The notes under the pieces were generated by a model that was not told the DNA's origin, searched no databases, and saw only the letters and a list, made by a program, of their open reading frames with translations. A stretch of 43,586 nucleotides of DNA from Guillardia theta CCMP2712. Lineage: Eukaryota > Protista > Cryptophyta. Location: contig NW_005434430.1 in assembly GCF_000315625.1 (NCBI RefSeq), forward strand, positions 1 through 43,586, written 5' to 3'. The position numbers and the translations under genes were made by a program. Below, in pieces: positions 30,239 to 43,361 of the stretch (positions within the stretch are counted from its first letter, which is position 1; every line of letters starts with the position of its first letter).

Positions 30239-32228
30239 ATCGCTGCCATTCGCAACGACGTGAAGCGAGCGAAGGAGCTGATTGAAGGAGGAGGCCCTGA
30301 CCTCGTGCACGTCTGGTCCGGACAGACTCAGCCATTGAAAGTGAATGCTGGAGGGAGGGAGGAGGAGGAGATGACGCAGAGGCAGGAGGAGCACATCTAC
30401 ATTGACGTTCGAGACAAGCAGGGGTGGACACCGCTGATGGTCAACCAAACTCTCTTGCCTGATCTACTGCATGATAGTGATATCTGAATGTACATGATGG
30501 TGATATGTGGGAGAGCATGATGGTGATATGTGGGAGAGCATGATGGTGATATGTGGGAGAGCATGATGGTGATAATTCTTTTTACATGTCGTCAGGTCGC
30601 GGCAGCTCATGGTCACTATGACATGTGCAATCTGCTGCTATCCAGCAAGGCAGATGTGAATGCCCGCAAGGACTTTCGCTGCTCCTCCCTACACCTCGCG
30701 GCACATGGCGGCCACACGGTGAGAGGGGAGGGAGGGGGAGCTAATTTGCGAGGAGAGAAGGGAAGAGAGGAGGGAGGGGGAGCTAATTTGCGAGGAGAGG
30801 AGGGAGGAGAGGAGGGAGGAGAGGAGGGAGGAGGAGCTGATGTGCGAGAAGAGGAGGGAGGAGAGGAGGGAGGGGGAGCTGATGTGTGAGGAGAGGAGGG
30901 AGGAGAGGAGGGAGGAGAGGAGGGAGGAGGAGCTGATGTGCGAGAAAAGGAGGGAGGAGAGGAGGGAGGAGGAGCTGATGTGCGAGAAGAGGAGGGAAGA
31001 GAGGAGGGAGGGGGAGCTGATGTGTGAGGAGAGGAGGGAGGAGAGGAGGGAGGAGAGGAGGGAGGAGGAGCTGATGTGCGAGAAAAGGAGGGAGGAGAGG
31101 AGGGAGGAGGAGCTGATGTGCGAGAAAAGGAGGGAGGAGAGGAGGGAGGGGGAGCTGATGTGTGAGGAGAGGAGGGAGGAGAGGAGGGAGGGGGAGCTGA
31201 TGTGTGAGTGCAGCGCGTGGTATCTCGTCTCATAGAGGCTCACGCAAACGTGCTGATGGAGAAACTTGACGGGAGTCTGCCCATACATGATGCCGCCAAG
31301 CAAGGCCACATTGACGTGTGCTGCATTTCCTCCCTCTCTTTCCCTCTCCTCCTCCCTCTCCTCCTTCTCTCTCTCCTGCTTCTCCTCCCCCTCTTCCTTC
31401 ATCTTCCTGCTTCTCCTCCTGCTTTTTCTTCTCCTCCTTTTCTTTCATCCATCTCCTCCTTCTCCTTCTCCTGTTGCTTCCCTTTCCTCCTCCTCTCCTC
31501 CTCTCCTCTCCTCCTCCCTCTCCCTCTCCTCTCCTCCTCCCTCTCCTCCTTCTCTCTCTCCTGCTTCTCCTCTTTCACCCTCTTCCTTTATCTTCCTGCT
31601 TCTCCTCCTGCTTTTTCTTCTCCTCCTTTTCTTTCATCCTTCTCCTCCTTCTCCTTCTCCTGCTGCTTCCCTTTCCTCCTCCTCTCCTCCTCTTCAACCA
31701 TCTGTTGCAGGTCGTGAAGGTCCTGCTGAAACACTCGCACGGGCAGCATGGTGCTTGCGACGCTGGTGGGACTGGACGGCTGACGATGCGAGTGGTAGAT
31801 GCCATGCTACGAAGCGTAACGGACAGCAAGCAAACGCCGTTGCACGTGGCAGCGAAGAAGGGGCAGGCAGAGATGGTCCGATACCTGATCGCCTCCGGAG
31901 CTCCTCTCGACGTCAAGGACGAGAAAGGAAACCTGCCTTCAAGCGTCTGCTCCAACAGGAGAACCCTCCTCGCGTATGCATCCTCTGTTTCCTCCTCTAG
32001 TCGCCTCGTCCTCTGGTCGCCTCGACCTCTGGTGACCTTCCCCCGCAGGTTTCCCGAGTCGTTTGAGAGTGCGGAGAAGGTGAAGGGGAGAGGAGGCTGA
32101 CGAGCTCTGACCTGCTAGTCCAGCTCAACGTCATGGCGCAGGTGCACAAGCGACCCGAGACAGGGGACGTGGCAAAGTTCACACAGTCGCTTGGAATCTC
32201 GGAGCAACCCATGGACTTTCCTTTCTGA
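30239..32228 (+). CDS. Ankyrin-repeat protein, multi-exon (ends approximate)
   Basis: DKQGWTPLM/VAAAHGH...ADVNARKDFRCSSLHLAAHGGHT / LPIHDAAKQGHID/VVKVLL / QTPLHVAAKKGQAEMVRYLIASGAPLDVKD. Introns are filled with GA-rich (30720-31210) and CT-rich (31325-31700) repeats. Confidence 0.9.
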
Positions 32229-32322
32229 TCTTGTAATGTGAATTCTCTACACGACTAGTGTTTCCATAACCTTCAATGTACATGTAATCTACACTTGCTT
32301 GCTTCCCATCCTCTCCTCCCTC

Positions 32323-35300
32323 TCATCGCCTTTGACTCTTGCGAGGAGTTGGAAAGTTCTTGGAGTCATCCCACATCACAGAAGCCGTCGACTGAGAGCC
32401 GGTGTGATCATGAGGGAAGTCGAAGAGGTGCTGGTAGAACTCCGAGTAGAAGTGCTTCTCCTCCTCCTGCATCTGAAGCGAACCTCCCAACCCCTCCGCG
32501 TCCTCCCTCACATCCACCTCCAGGTTGATCTTTTCTACATCGATGCTCTCCAAGCAGTCCTCGATGGCGCTCACCAGCGTCTGTATGTCTGTCTCCAAGC
32601 GCGAGGGCTGCCCTCTGCGCAGCGCGTCGTAGGAGGACTCGTGAGCTTCGATCCTGCTCTTGAGGTTGGTGACGAGCAGCCGAAGTCGGAAGACGATGAG
32701 CAAGACGTCAGTCAGCTCGCCGCGCAGCTTCGCCAGGTTCTGCCACTTGTCATCGACGATCACTCTGAGCAGTCTGGCAAACATCTCCATTAGTTGGTAG
32801 TAGTCATCCACCGACCCGATCTCGTGACGCTTGATGCTCAGCAGCAGCTCGCTCTTCATCTGACCGAAGGACGCTCTTGTGTCTTGCTTGGGCAGGTGCA
32901 GCAGATGCCGCCGGATGACCTGCTTCCTGTGGCTCCTTGCGCAGCAGGCCGGGAGCAGCAGCGTGGCGAGGACGAAGGCGAGGACAGCAGAGAGCGCTGT
33001 GAAGTTTGTGCTGTTCATCCCAGGAGGACAGTCTTGCAGAGACAGCACGAGGAGGAAGAGACGTTCTGAGGCGGACACATCCACGTCCCTCGGCGTTGCT
33101 TGCTGCAAGTCCTCGAGCCCTCTCGACACACTGGCAGCGACACTTGGCCGCCTGACCTCCAGCAGAGCTTGCACGGGGTCCAGCAGCTGCTGGGAGACTT
33201 TCCCGGCCTCGGCACCCTCGAGGAGGAGGAGCAAGCCGTTGGTTGACTTGAGCCCGACGACAGAGACTCGCCTGATGTCGCTGCCGCCCAGCCGGTCGGA
33301 GGAGAAGGGAAGCTTGTGCTCGGCAACCTGCTGACCGTGAGCTGCTCGCATCCTCTTGATCTTCTCACCTTGTACGCCAACGTTGATGAGTCTGCAGCCT
33401 CACTGCTTACGACGAGCGTGTCGAGCACCCGATCAAGCACCTGCTCTTCCACCAGCACCTGTACCACCGCAGGCTCCTTCTCCCCCAGAAACTGCTTGAC
33501 CGGGGAGGAAGAGGACGCGTCCAACAGAATCAAAGCATGTTTGTCGATCAAGTAGCAACGGTTCCCTAAGACAGCAGCGTCAAACATGCCATGGAGTATT
33601 GGGATGAACCTGGAAACACGTTTCGGTTGCAAACATTCATCTCGACCCGCCCCCTCATCTCAAAGCTCTCTGCTTCAAACATCATCCGTCTCAGTGCATC
33701 CCAACACAACTGCAAGCCAACTACTCCGACGACTCTGACTGAACATGTCACCGCACGCCAAGGCTGATAGAGCTCTCACCCCGGCGCTCCTCCCGTCCCC
33801 TCGTACGGCAGCGACTGCGACAGGAGCAAGCTGGAGCTCAAAGTCGAGGGGGTCAGGTGAAGGGCATCGGAGTCGAGGAGGCCTCGGGTAAACCAGGGCT
33901 GCCTGTGCGTTCGAGATAAGAGGCGAGCAAGACAGCATGAAGTGAGTGAGTGAGTGAGTGAGTGAGTGAGTGAGTGAGTGAGTGGCGAGTGAGTGAGTGA
34001 GTGAGTGAGTGAGTGAGTGAGTGAGTGAGTGAGTGAGTGAGTGAGTGAGTGAGTGAGTGAGTGAGTGAGTGAGTGAGTGAGTGAGTGAGTGAGTGAGTGA
34101 GTGAGTGAGTGAGGGAGTGAGTGAGCGAGTGAGTGAGTGAGTGAGTGAGTGAGTGAGTGAGTGAGTGAGTGAGTGAGTGAGTGAGTGAGTGAGTGAGTGA
34201 GTGAGTGAGTGAGTGAGTGAGTGAGGGAGTGAGTGAGTGAGTGAGTGAGGGAGTGAGTGAGTGAGTGAGGGAGGGAGGAAGCGAGGGAGGGAGCGAGGGA
34301 GCAAGTGTGAAAACCTGGTGGGGTCAATTGCCGTGATACTGCTTGATGACTGATTGGTGACCGACAACTTCCGGTACACCCCAGCGTTGGTCGAGAAGAA
34401 GACGCTGTCGATGCAGCGAGCGTTGACCCGAGTCAAGTTCCATGCTGACTCAACTAACGCGGAGAATCGAGCTTGCAGGTAAGCCTCACTTGTGACTCCT
34501 CCTCCTGTCATCTGCCAAGGCCAACCGTCAGCTCGATACTCCAGCAAGAGGTCGCGGGCTACTTGTCTGCTCGAGTGATACACGACGCTGTTGAGGACCT
34601 TGAGCAAGGCCTCCCATCCTCGAGCCTCCGCTTGAGACTTGTCGCACTCCGAGGTGTTGTGCGAGGAAGCACAGGCTGCCTGACGCAGGCTCGCCTCCCC
34701 ATCAGTGCGCACCTCCATGGGACTGACGAACCTGCTCGGGGGAATGAAGATGGATGAAACCATCGGCTGGGCTGGACTCCAGCTCAAACATCGCACAGAG
34801 TCGTTACAGCTGAGAGACAGCAGCGTGTTGACTCGAGAGGTCAGACGAAGAGATTCAGGGCGCTTGCCTGGCGTATAGATTTGCCACGAGGTGACCAACA
34901 CAAGAAGGGTGTAAGGTTTCATGTGCCGCCAAGTGTAGGTCAAGTTGATCTGCTGGTTGGGCTGCGGTTCAAAGAGCCATGTCGGCAGGTTCACCAGCTC
35001 ACGTTTGGTGAGGATCTGATGATCGGAACCCCAAGGAAGCGAGAGGATGTCGAGCAGCTTACCAGAGGACAGGAGCTGACCCCCCGTCCACTCATTCAGG
35101 GAGTAACGGATGTCTCCAGCGACGGAAGCGACGCTTTGATTCCTTCCATGGTACGAGGCGAGAGCCTCTTCGCTCACAAGCAGCACGCCTGGGCTCACGC
35201 TCCTCTGGAACACCTGGAAGCTTTGGTGCGCGTTCAGTACCGTCTTGTTCATTCTGACGTTAAGCATGTGCGTGCGTAGCCCCTGAAAGGAAGTGTTGGT

Positions 35301-36824
35301 GGGATCGTTGTACACAAGCTCCACAGTCACAACTCCGAGAAGCTGCGGAGACGAAGAGTTTCGATTCTGAAAGCACGGCGTCGATATTGCAATCAGTTCT
35401 GTCCGGCCGCAAGCAGATGCGTAGGGTAAGCTTATCGAGAGCTCCGGGCTCGCAGCAAGAGGAGCAGCCATGATGATGAAGTAGTCGGTGAGCACGTCTA
35501 GCAGGTAGGAGCTTTGATCTCTTGTGCTGGAATGGTTCCATTGTGAGAAGTGAAACTCGACCCCTTTAAGCAAGCAGGAGAATGCTTTGAGGTTGTACAT
35601 CTGCGGGCTTATCGCGAACATGAAGAAGTGAACATGCGAGGAGGAATAGTTCAGATCTGCCATCGAGGAGCGTAAGGAGGAGGAGACTTGAAGCCTGAAG
35701 TCACTGACTGCGACGACTGAGCAAACGAGAGAGGAGCACTCGGAGCTGTTGAAGTAGGAGGATGCGTTCTGAAGCTCTTTCTGCCAGAGATAAGAGTCCA
35801 GAGCCCCATCGCACTCGATATCGCTGATCATCGACTGCAGGATGAGCTTGTTGTGATAGGAGGCGGAGGTGAAGCCACGGGTGACGGTCATGCTGGAGGA
35901 GGAGGTATAGAGCATCACAACGTCATTGGGAAGCAGCGTGTCCACCAGTCCGTTCACCACCTGCTTCATCCTCGCACATCCCTCCTCCCCCCGCAAGCGC
36001 ATCGAGTTGTCCATGACCACCAGCAGCTTCTTCCTCGCCTGACTGGCGTTCAAGAAGGAGGGCGAGCGACGGCCATCCCCAACCTTGCGCTCTCCTGCAA
36101 GCTCCATGCTGCTGCCATCCATCTCTGTAAACCTGATGCCCTGCAGGTAGGGTACAGACGGGTTGACGAACTCAGAGTAGAAGGAGTTCTGAATGGCGAC
36201 AGGAATCGAGGAAGCGTTCTTAGTACTGCCATCGCTTGACATGAAGGTTATGGTAGCATGATCCTGGGAGCAGCTGCTCCTGTCCGTCATCACGCCCCTC
36301 AGTCGCTCCTTGAAACTTTGATTGGATGTTGCCACTGCCTGCTCGTTATCGCACACGGAGCTCTCGAGCCCGAGCTCGATCTGGCTCCTAAGTGACTCAA
36401 TCATCGCTGTTGCGTTCTTGAGGACGTTGCTCATCGACGTCTCCACCTGCTGCAGCTGCTGTGCCAGGGTCTCCTCTGCGGGTGCAAGAGCATGCTTCGC
36501 TACAGCACTGTCCATCATCTCTTTCAGCGTCGTGCCATCTTTCTTGCTAGGAGGGTTGGAGCAGCTCCCCATGCCCGAGTTTGTCGTTGAGCAAAAAGTG
36601 TCCAAGAGCGACGCAGAGAGCAACTCAGCGAGAGCCGCCGCTGAAGGAGCAGCAGTAGCACTGGCATAACTTGATACGAGAATGCACTGACACAGCAGCA
36701 GCAACAGCGAAAACCTGCGGCAACCCGAAGGGAGGAGGCAGCAGGGAACAGCTCGAGGAGGAGGACGGAGGGTCAGCAGAGGAGGAGGAGGAGACGAGCG
36801 ACGTGGATCCCGTCTTGCCTGCAT
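32323..36824 (-). CDS. Alpha2delta/CACHD1-like VWA plus Cache domain type I membrane protein, spliced
   Basis: Signal peptide. RRSPSFLNASQARKKLLVVMDNS...VNGLVDTLLPNDVV (VWA). ISLPYASACG..LIAISTPCF...LLGVVTVEL (Cache). A second Cache-like segment DPTR/QPWF...VVGVVGLQL. C-terminal TM FTALSAVLAFVLATLLLPACC and a helical cytoplasmic tail. Confidence 0.75.
33941..34268. repeat. (GTGA)n tetranucleotide microsatellite in an intron
   Basis: About 80 GTGA units with a few variants. Confidence 0.97.
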
Positions 36825-37854
36825 GGCTACTACCGGCAAGGAAACGCTGCCATGTCGCCAGTCCCACTCAGTACCGAGGTGTCGGGCCGCAAAAAGAACA
36901 GTGTTCGTAACTGCCCGTAACGTTTTCATTTTTCCGTTTCGAATGTAACGGGTGCTTCGGTCAAGATTTAAAAAAACTTTATTGAGTCTGTACCAGAGTT
37001 CTCCTTAAAACAATTTTTGAGCTTCATATGCTTTAGGAAGTGTACCGTATTTGGAAAATCTTAAAATAGTTTTAAAACTACGGCCTTGGGGTGGTGGACT
37101 CAATGATTGAGGTGGTTCAAGTACCCCTACCCACATATCAGATGATATTTGATCCTAGTTTGGGGGGTAATGTGTCTTCAAATGGGGTGGTATTGTTATT
37201 TGAAAGACAGGGGTGGGGTACTTGCGCGTGGCGCGGCAATGGATCGACGGTGAGTGAATGAGAGCGCAGAACAAGGGAGAGAGAGGAAGGAGAGGTAGCG
37301 ACGCCGGCGAACGGAAGGATGGGATAGGAGGGAGGAGGGAGGAGGGAGGAGCATGTCGAAAGGGTGATTGAGAAGATTACGAAGAGGATAAATCGAAGGA
37401 ATGTTCGAGAAAGAAAGGAACTTTTACAAGCAGGAGATGTAACACGGCAAAGAACATCGTATAAGAGCGAGTTGTAGTAGGATGATCGAGACAGAATGTC
37501 CTAGACCATAGTAAGCTGCGATGAGAGGTATGGAAGTGGAGACCGAGGATGTGCCAGTCAGAGAGGTACACTTCGCCTTCGAATGTTTTGGATTTTCAAA
37601 CATGATGATGGCAAGGTAAAGGGTGGGGCGTGGAAGAGTGCAAGTCTCAATCAGATAGTCGTATGTGAGCAGTTTCTCTTGAGAGGCAACGAAGTTGTTT
37701 CTTCGAAGTTTGAAACTTGATAAACATGGTTTCTTCACGACCCACTAGACGACTGAACGACTGTAGAACTCACTCCAATCCTTGTGACGATGTACTGAAC
37801 ACGCGGAATTCAGCTTAGGTGGAAAACCCAAACAACAAGAATCTCGAGGAGGGG

Positions 37855-40756
37855 ATGCCTGGCGCAAAGGTAAGGCTATTCCGGCATGTGCTCATCAGTT
37901 TTATCTGTGTATCTTCACTGTTTGCTTGCTCCTCTGTTATGGCTTTGCTCACTGCATCTGGTGTTCCCACTCACAAAGGTTCTTCAGGAGGCAACTTCTC
38001 TAAGGATGGAGGAGGAAGGGATGGAGGAAGGGATGGAGGAAGGGATGGAGGAAGGGACAGTGGCAGAGATGGTGGCACCCCTCGAGGCGACCGCGGTGAC
38101 CGTCGGTCCGGAGGACAGAGGAGGTACTCTGATCAGTCTTCTGGTAATGTACAACTTACCTGCTATGTCCGGAATCCAGTGGATACACGGGCGCTCCTCG
38201 CGGCAACTCCGATCCGATGCAAGACAGGCTGCACTTGGTGTTCGCATCTCTGATCGGGCAAACAGTTCGAGTTCAAGTGGGATATTGTTTATATGACCTG
38301 TTATATGACTTGTTCTGGAACAGGATTCTGATAATCAGTGGTACGAGGGCCTCTTCCATGAGTGCAGTAAGAACACCAAGGCTGGGATGGAGGTGATATC
38401 ATCCTCACCGAGGCAGCATCCTAGAGCTCAGATGTTTTATCAGATTGTCCTGCAAGCAGCGTACAACATCAGCAAGAACGAGAAGGGCATGGTATTTGGA
38501 ATCCCTTTGCAACGACCTCAAGTTGAATGAGTGCCGGGCAGGTTAAGCCGATTGAAAAACTCACAATCAACTGTGAAAACTTTGTGCAAGTATGCAATAT
38601 GGACCAATTTGAATGAGAAGTTTACATCGGTGTCAGATGTTTGCAAAGGATGTAGAGCTCTGTAAAGAGAAGAAGACCGGCAATGCTCGTGGATTTGCTA
38701 CTGACACAGGTTCAATGAGAGCACCCCCTCTTGCTGTGCCTGAACTCCTCACTGCTGTAAAATAGAGATCTCCTCCGGTTCATCCGTTGCTTCAAAGGAG
38801 CTTGAAAAGTTTCAATTCGACGAGAAGAATGAGTTTGCGACCATCCAACTCGATTCGAACTCACAGGTTTGGACTTGTCGATGTTGTTCGTGATTGGATT
38901 GGCTCTGATTTTGTTGCAGGATTGGGATCAATTCGAGCAAAACAGGCAAAAGTTTGGTGTCACGAGCAACTATCACGTGCGGCTTTCTTTGGTTTTGACT
39001 CAAAAGATATTAATCTGCATGATCGAACAGGAAGACTTGTACACCACTAAGTTGGACAAGTCGAAGCTGACCCTCGAGCAGCAACGAGCTGCTGAGCGCA
39101 TTGCAGGTGTTGATACCTCTCCCTCCGTCCTCTCAGACTGACTTCCTTTGTGTAGCTGAGATCGAAGGAGACCAACAAACACAGCGAAAGATCTTCGGAC
39201 GTGTGCGAAATGCCGACGAGGCGGAGGTATCTCCTGTGTTGGTACCCGGGCCTTGAATGATTTATTTCTTCAGGCTGCTGGCGATGATGAAGGGGATGAG
39301 TGGGCTAGTGATGTTAGAAATGTTGATGGAACAGTCCGTGGATCCTACCACAAAGCACAAGCTGCTCCTCGTGAGCTATACACTTATCTTCCTCCATCCC
39401 TCTGACTCGATTCAGCTGCAAATCCCAACGTGTACAAGCCTCCTCGTGGAAATGCCTGGGGCCAAAGCAATACGCTCGCAGACAAGCTCAAGAACGAAAA
39501 GAAAATTGCTGACCTCAAAGCTAATGACCCTGCCATCTTGTCCACGACCTTGATGCCAAGCTCTGCGGTACGATCCCGTTCACGTCATGGTGATGTTGTG
39601 ACATCCGGCTTCTCAGACCATCATGTCTGAGCCCAAGAGCGACCAAAAGCCTCAGGAGAGCAAAGGAGATGGCAAACCCAAAGACGGCGAACCTCAGAAC
39701 GCTCCGACAGGTGAATGCTGGGCGTCAAACCCTCCTCGCTGACGCCAATAGTAGACAAGGACAAGGAGCACTACTCGACACAGCAGAACAAGCTTCAGGT
39801 GCCACAAAAGCTTGGTGAAGGTGGATGCTGATCTCTATCGTCATAGCAAGTGAAGATGGAGCGACAAGAACAGATGCCTGGTGCCAAACCGGCCAATCGC
39901 GCCTTGAAACCTCCTGGGGTGAGCCTGCATCAGTGTGCCGGGCTTGCGGTCATTTCTCTTGCAGTCTCAAGGAGCTGCCGAGCCAGGAAAGCCCAACGAC
40001 GATGAAGGCCAACTAAAGGCTCTCAACCCCGAGGTAAGGGACGTGACCTCGGGTTCCTCCGAGTGATGGGGTTGACAGAGCTCGGAAAACAAGGACGGGA
40101 AGGTCGCTGGCTCCACTATCCCAGTCAAAGAGCAGGTAAGAGGAGGAAGGCTGCGATGCCCGAGCAAGCGCTCACTTGCTGTAGGGCGACAGCACTGCAG
40201 AAGCGCCGAAGAAGAAGCTGCTCAACGTCGACGCCAAGGAGTTCGTGCCTTCTTTCTCAGGTCGCTGGCCCTTGAGATGCCGCCCTCTGCTCACTACTCC
40301 TGCAGCCCCTCAAGACATGTCCGGCTCCTTCGGCCCTGCTGGAGGCTTCGTGCCGAGCCCGCAGCAGGGCGGGATGCAGCACGGGATGGTGGGTGACATG
40401 ATGCAGGATGGCATGGGGATCATGAACCATCCCAACATGATGATGCACCCGGGGATGGCCATGCCGGGCATGATGGACCCCCAGATGATGCGGGCGGGCC
40501 ACCCTTCTTCGTGCTGGGGAACCCCCAGTACATGCGGATGGCTCCCATGCCGATGCAGCACATGGGCCACGTCCCGATGCACATGAACCCGGTGAGACTT
40601 CTCGCTCCTCCTCCGCTCCTCCGCTCCGCTGACTTGGATGGGCAGCAGCAGCAGAATATGAACATGGGGAGGGAGGGCATGCAGCCGGGAGGACGGGGAG
40701 TCCACGTTCCCAGGAACAACATGCCCAACGACTACGGCGGGCAGGATCCAGGATGA
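37855..40756 (+). CDS. ATXN2: Ataxin-2/Pbp1-like RNA-binding protein (LSm, LsmAD, PAM2), many short introns
   Basis: RLHLVFASLIGQTVRVQ...WYEGLFH (LSm); GFATDT/EIS; WDQFEQNRQKFGVTSNY/EDLYTTKLDKS...AAERIA/AEIE (LsmAD); KLLNVDAKEFVP (PAM2); M/P/G/Q-rich tail. Confidence 0.88.
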
Positions 40757-41167
40757 TGACAAAGAGACAGAGGGGGAGGAGGAGGAGGCCGAGGAGGCAG
40801 GGAAATCGAGCCGGAGGATGGCTGGCTGTGGATTTTGTCTTCCTCTGCCACCTCGGAATGCCAAATGGTGGGAAATCATCAGTGGGGAGGGCCAGTGGCA
40901 AGGCAAGAGGAAGAGAGGTGATCGTTCTTGGAAAGAAGGGGAGGGATGCTGGAGGACGGCGAGAGATGAAAGGCGGAAGAGGGAGAAGGAAAGAAAAGAG
41001 CGGGTAAGACGGGGAGGGAGGGCGAGGTGTGCCACCGTCACTGCGGTCAAGCGAGACAGTTCAGCAGGACACACAGGATGGTTGCAGTCACAAACACAAA
41101 AAGATGAAAAATGTGGAGAAGCATGTCAAAAGAGCTGGCAAATATGGCTGATGTTGATGACGATGCT

Positions 41168-41234
41168 GCTGATGCTGATGCTGATGCTGATGCTGATGCT
41201 GATGCTGATGCTGATGCTGATGCTGATGCTGATG
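41168..41234. repeat. (GCTGAT)n hexanucleotide microsatellite
   Basis: About 11 tandem units. Confidence 0.95.
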
Positions 41235-41934
41235 CCGTCGTTCAAGGTTCGTGGTGATGAAATTTTTCCAGGGGTGTGTATTTGTCGTTTTCTTGCTATT
41301 ATTTGTAGAAATTCCTGAAGGACAGCAAGTCAGTTCAATGCTCTTGTTGTTGTTTCGAGCTTCTGCCTCAGGTGCTATCGGCATCGGTCTCAGGACCTCG
41401 AGGAGCAAAGAGCGAAGAGTTTACAGCTACCGGATGGAAAGATGATGAAAGATGTCGGAGGGAAGCCGAAGGGAAGAAGAGAGTGAAGGAGAGTCTGATA
41501 ATGAAGGAGCTTACTAGAGGATCCCCTTACTCTTTAACCTCCCCCCTCATACCTGTATTGCGCACATCTACATTCCTCCTCCTCCTCCTCCTCCTCCTCC
41601 TCCTCCTCCTCCTCCTCCTCCTCCTCCCTCCTCCCTTCTCCTTCTCCTCCTGCTCCCTTCTCCTCCTCCTCTGCCCCTCCTTCGTAGTCTTCCCTCTCAG
41701 TCTCCTACTAGCTAGAAGAAGCATAGGATTTACTGGCAGAAGGTAAAAAGTGCCTCAAGCTAGACATAGTCCTCCCTCAATTTCATTGCTCTCGTTACCC
41801 CTCGAGGGTGGGGGTGATATTTGTACGGTGAACCAGGGGTGGGTATATCATTGATTCTCAGGGAATCCCAGGGTGGGTGAGGGAAAAGGAAGGGTGGGTG
41901 GTCTCGGCAGACTGGTTGACAAGACCCAACCGTC

Positions 41935-42226
41935 ATGGCCGACGCGAGCGAAGAAGTCGACGAGAGGAAGGAGGAGGAGGAGGAGCAGAAGCAGGAGCAG
42001 GAGGAGTTGAAGGAGGAAGAAGCGAAGGAGGAGGAGAAGCAGCAAGAGAAACCTGAAAAGAAGGAGGAGGAAGCCAAAGGAGGAGGAGGAGGAGGTAGTG
42101 GAGCATATCCCTGCGGTTATGTCGGAGGTGTCGACGATAGAGGAGATCGCAAGATTTTCCCATCGAAGCTCATCACGGAAGAGGCTCTTGGTATGCTCTG
42201 ATACTGATGCTGAAACCTGATGACGG

Positions 42227-42283
<57 letters not shown>

Positions 42284-43361
42284 TGCTTCTCATGATGATG
42301 ATGAGCTGAAGGAGATGGTGGAGATGACTTGGATGTTTCACTAGCTGTTTGCTCGAAGTTGACGGGCATGGAGGGGCTGCCCATGGATCAGGTGACCTGC
42401 TCCTCCTTGCACCAACTCATTCCCTCCTCCTCGTCCTCCTCCTCTCTCCCTCCTTCCTTCGTTGATATGGATGCTTGAAAGATCCTTGGAGAAGGTGTGA
42501 GCATGAACGAGGAGGAGTTTGCAGAGATCTGCAAGGTACGGGATGGAGAGTACAACGAGGAGGGGAGGGGAGGGGAGGGGAGGGGAGGGGAGGGAGGACA
42601 GAGGAGAGGAGGGGAGGGAAGAGGAAGGGAGGGGACATGGTTGAGCTTGAAGCAGGCAATGGAGGACGAGCAGGCAGACATCTACCGAGCGTGCTATTCT
42701 CATTTCCTAGAGTACTTTAAGAAGGTGGACGAGGAGGGGAAGGGGATGTTGATTGGAGACACGTTCAAGACGGTGCGTATGCCCAGTCATCCTCCCCCCC
42801 TTTTTGACTCAGCTCCATTGCTTTTCCCCTGTCCTGTCCTGTCCTGTCCTCTCTTGCTGTTGTCGTTCCATTCTGCCTCCCCTCACTCCACTCTTCCTGA
42901 CTCCTCTCCTCTGCTCTCCTCTCTTTCTCCTCTCTCTCTCCTCTCTCCTCTCCCCTCCTGTCCTCTTTCTCTCCTCTCCTCTCCTCTCTTCAGCAAAGTT
43001 TCCCTCCCTCTCCCGTCTTCTCTTTTGTCTCCTCATCTGTCTTTCAGGTCCTCACTGACATGGAGGGAGAATACGCCATGTCTTTCATGACCGAGAGGTC
43101 GTTAAGACCCCTGCTGCTGCTGTTGCCGCTGCCGCCGCCCCTGCAATCCCTACTCCTCTTTCATTAACCCCCCCCCTCCCTTCTCATCGCTCTTTCCCTT
43201 CCTCTGACTGCTGTCACAGGGCGCAGGAGCTGATCGCGTCAGCTGCAGGAGTGGCGGACGGGGGGAAGGGACTGGAGCCGCCGGCAGGAGAGGGCGACAT
43301 GGTCTTCTATGAAGACTTCTTGAGAAGAGAGCTCAAGTCTCCTCGCGACATGAAGCTCTGA
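41935..43361 (+). CDS. Calmodulin/myosin-light-chain-like EF-hand protein with an acidic N-terminus, spliced
   Basis: SMNEEEFAEICK / ...FLEYFKKVDEEGKGMLIGDTFKT/VLTDMEGE...MTE/RAQELIA...GDMVFYEDFLRR...MKL*. Introns contain (CTG)n and purine or pyrimidine runs. Confidence 0.65.

Noticed and set aside
33675-34327. (SLTH)n repeat as part of the 1084-aa protein
   Set aside because: Read-through of an intronic (TCAC)n microsatellite; splicing DPTR to QPWF restores a Cache motif.
41088-42384. PolyQ, poly-HQ and poly-L ORFs
   Set aside because: Translations of (GCTGAT)n, (CCT)n and (CTG)n microsatellites in intergenic or intronic DNA.
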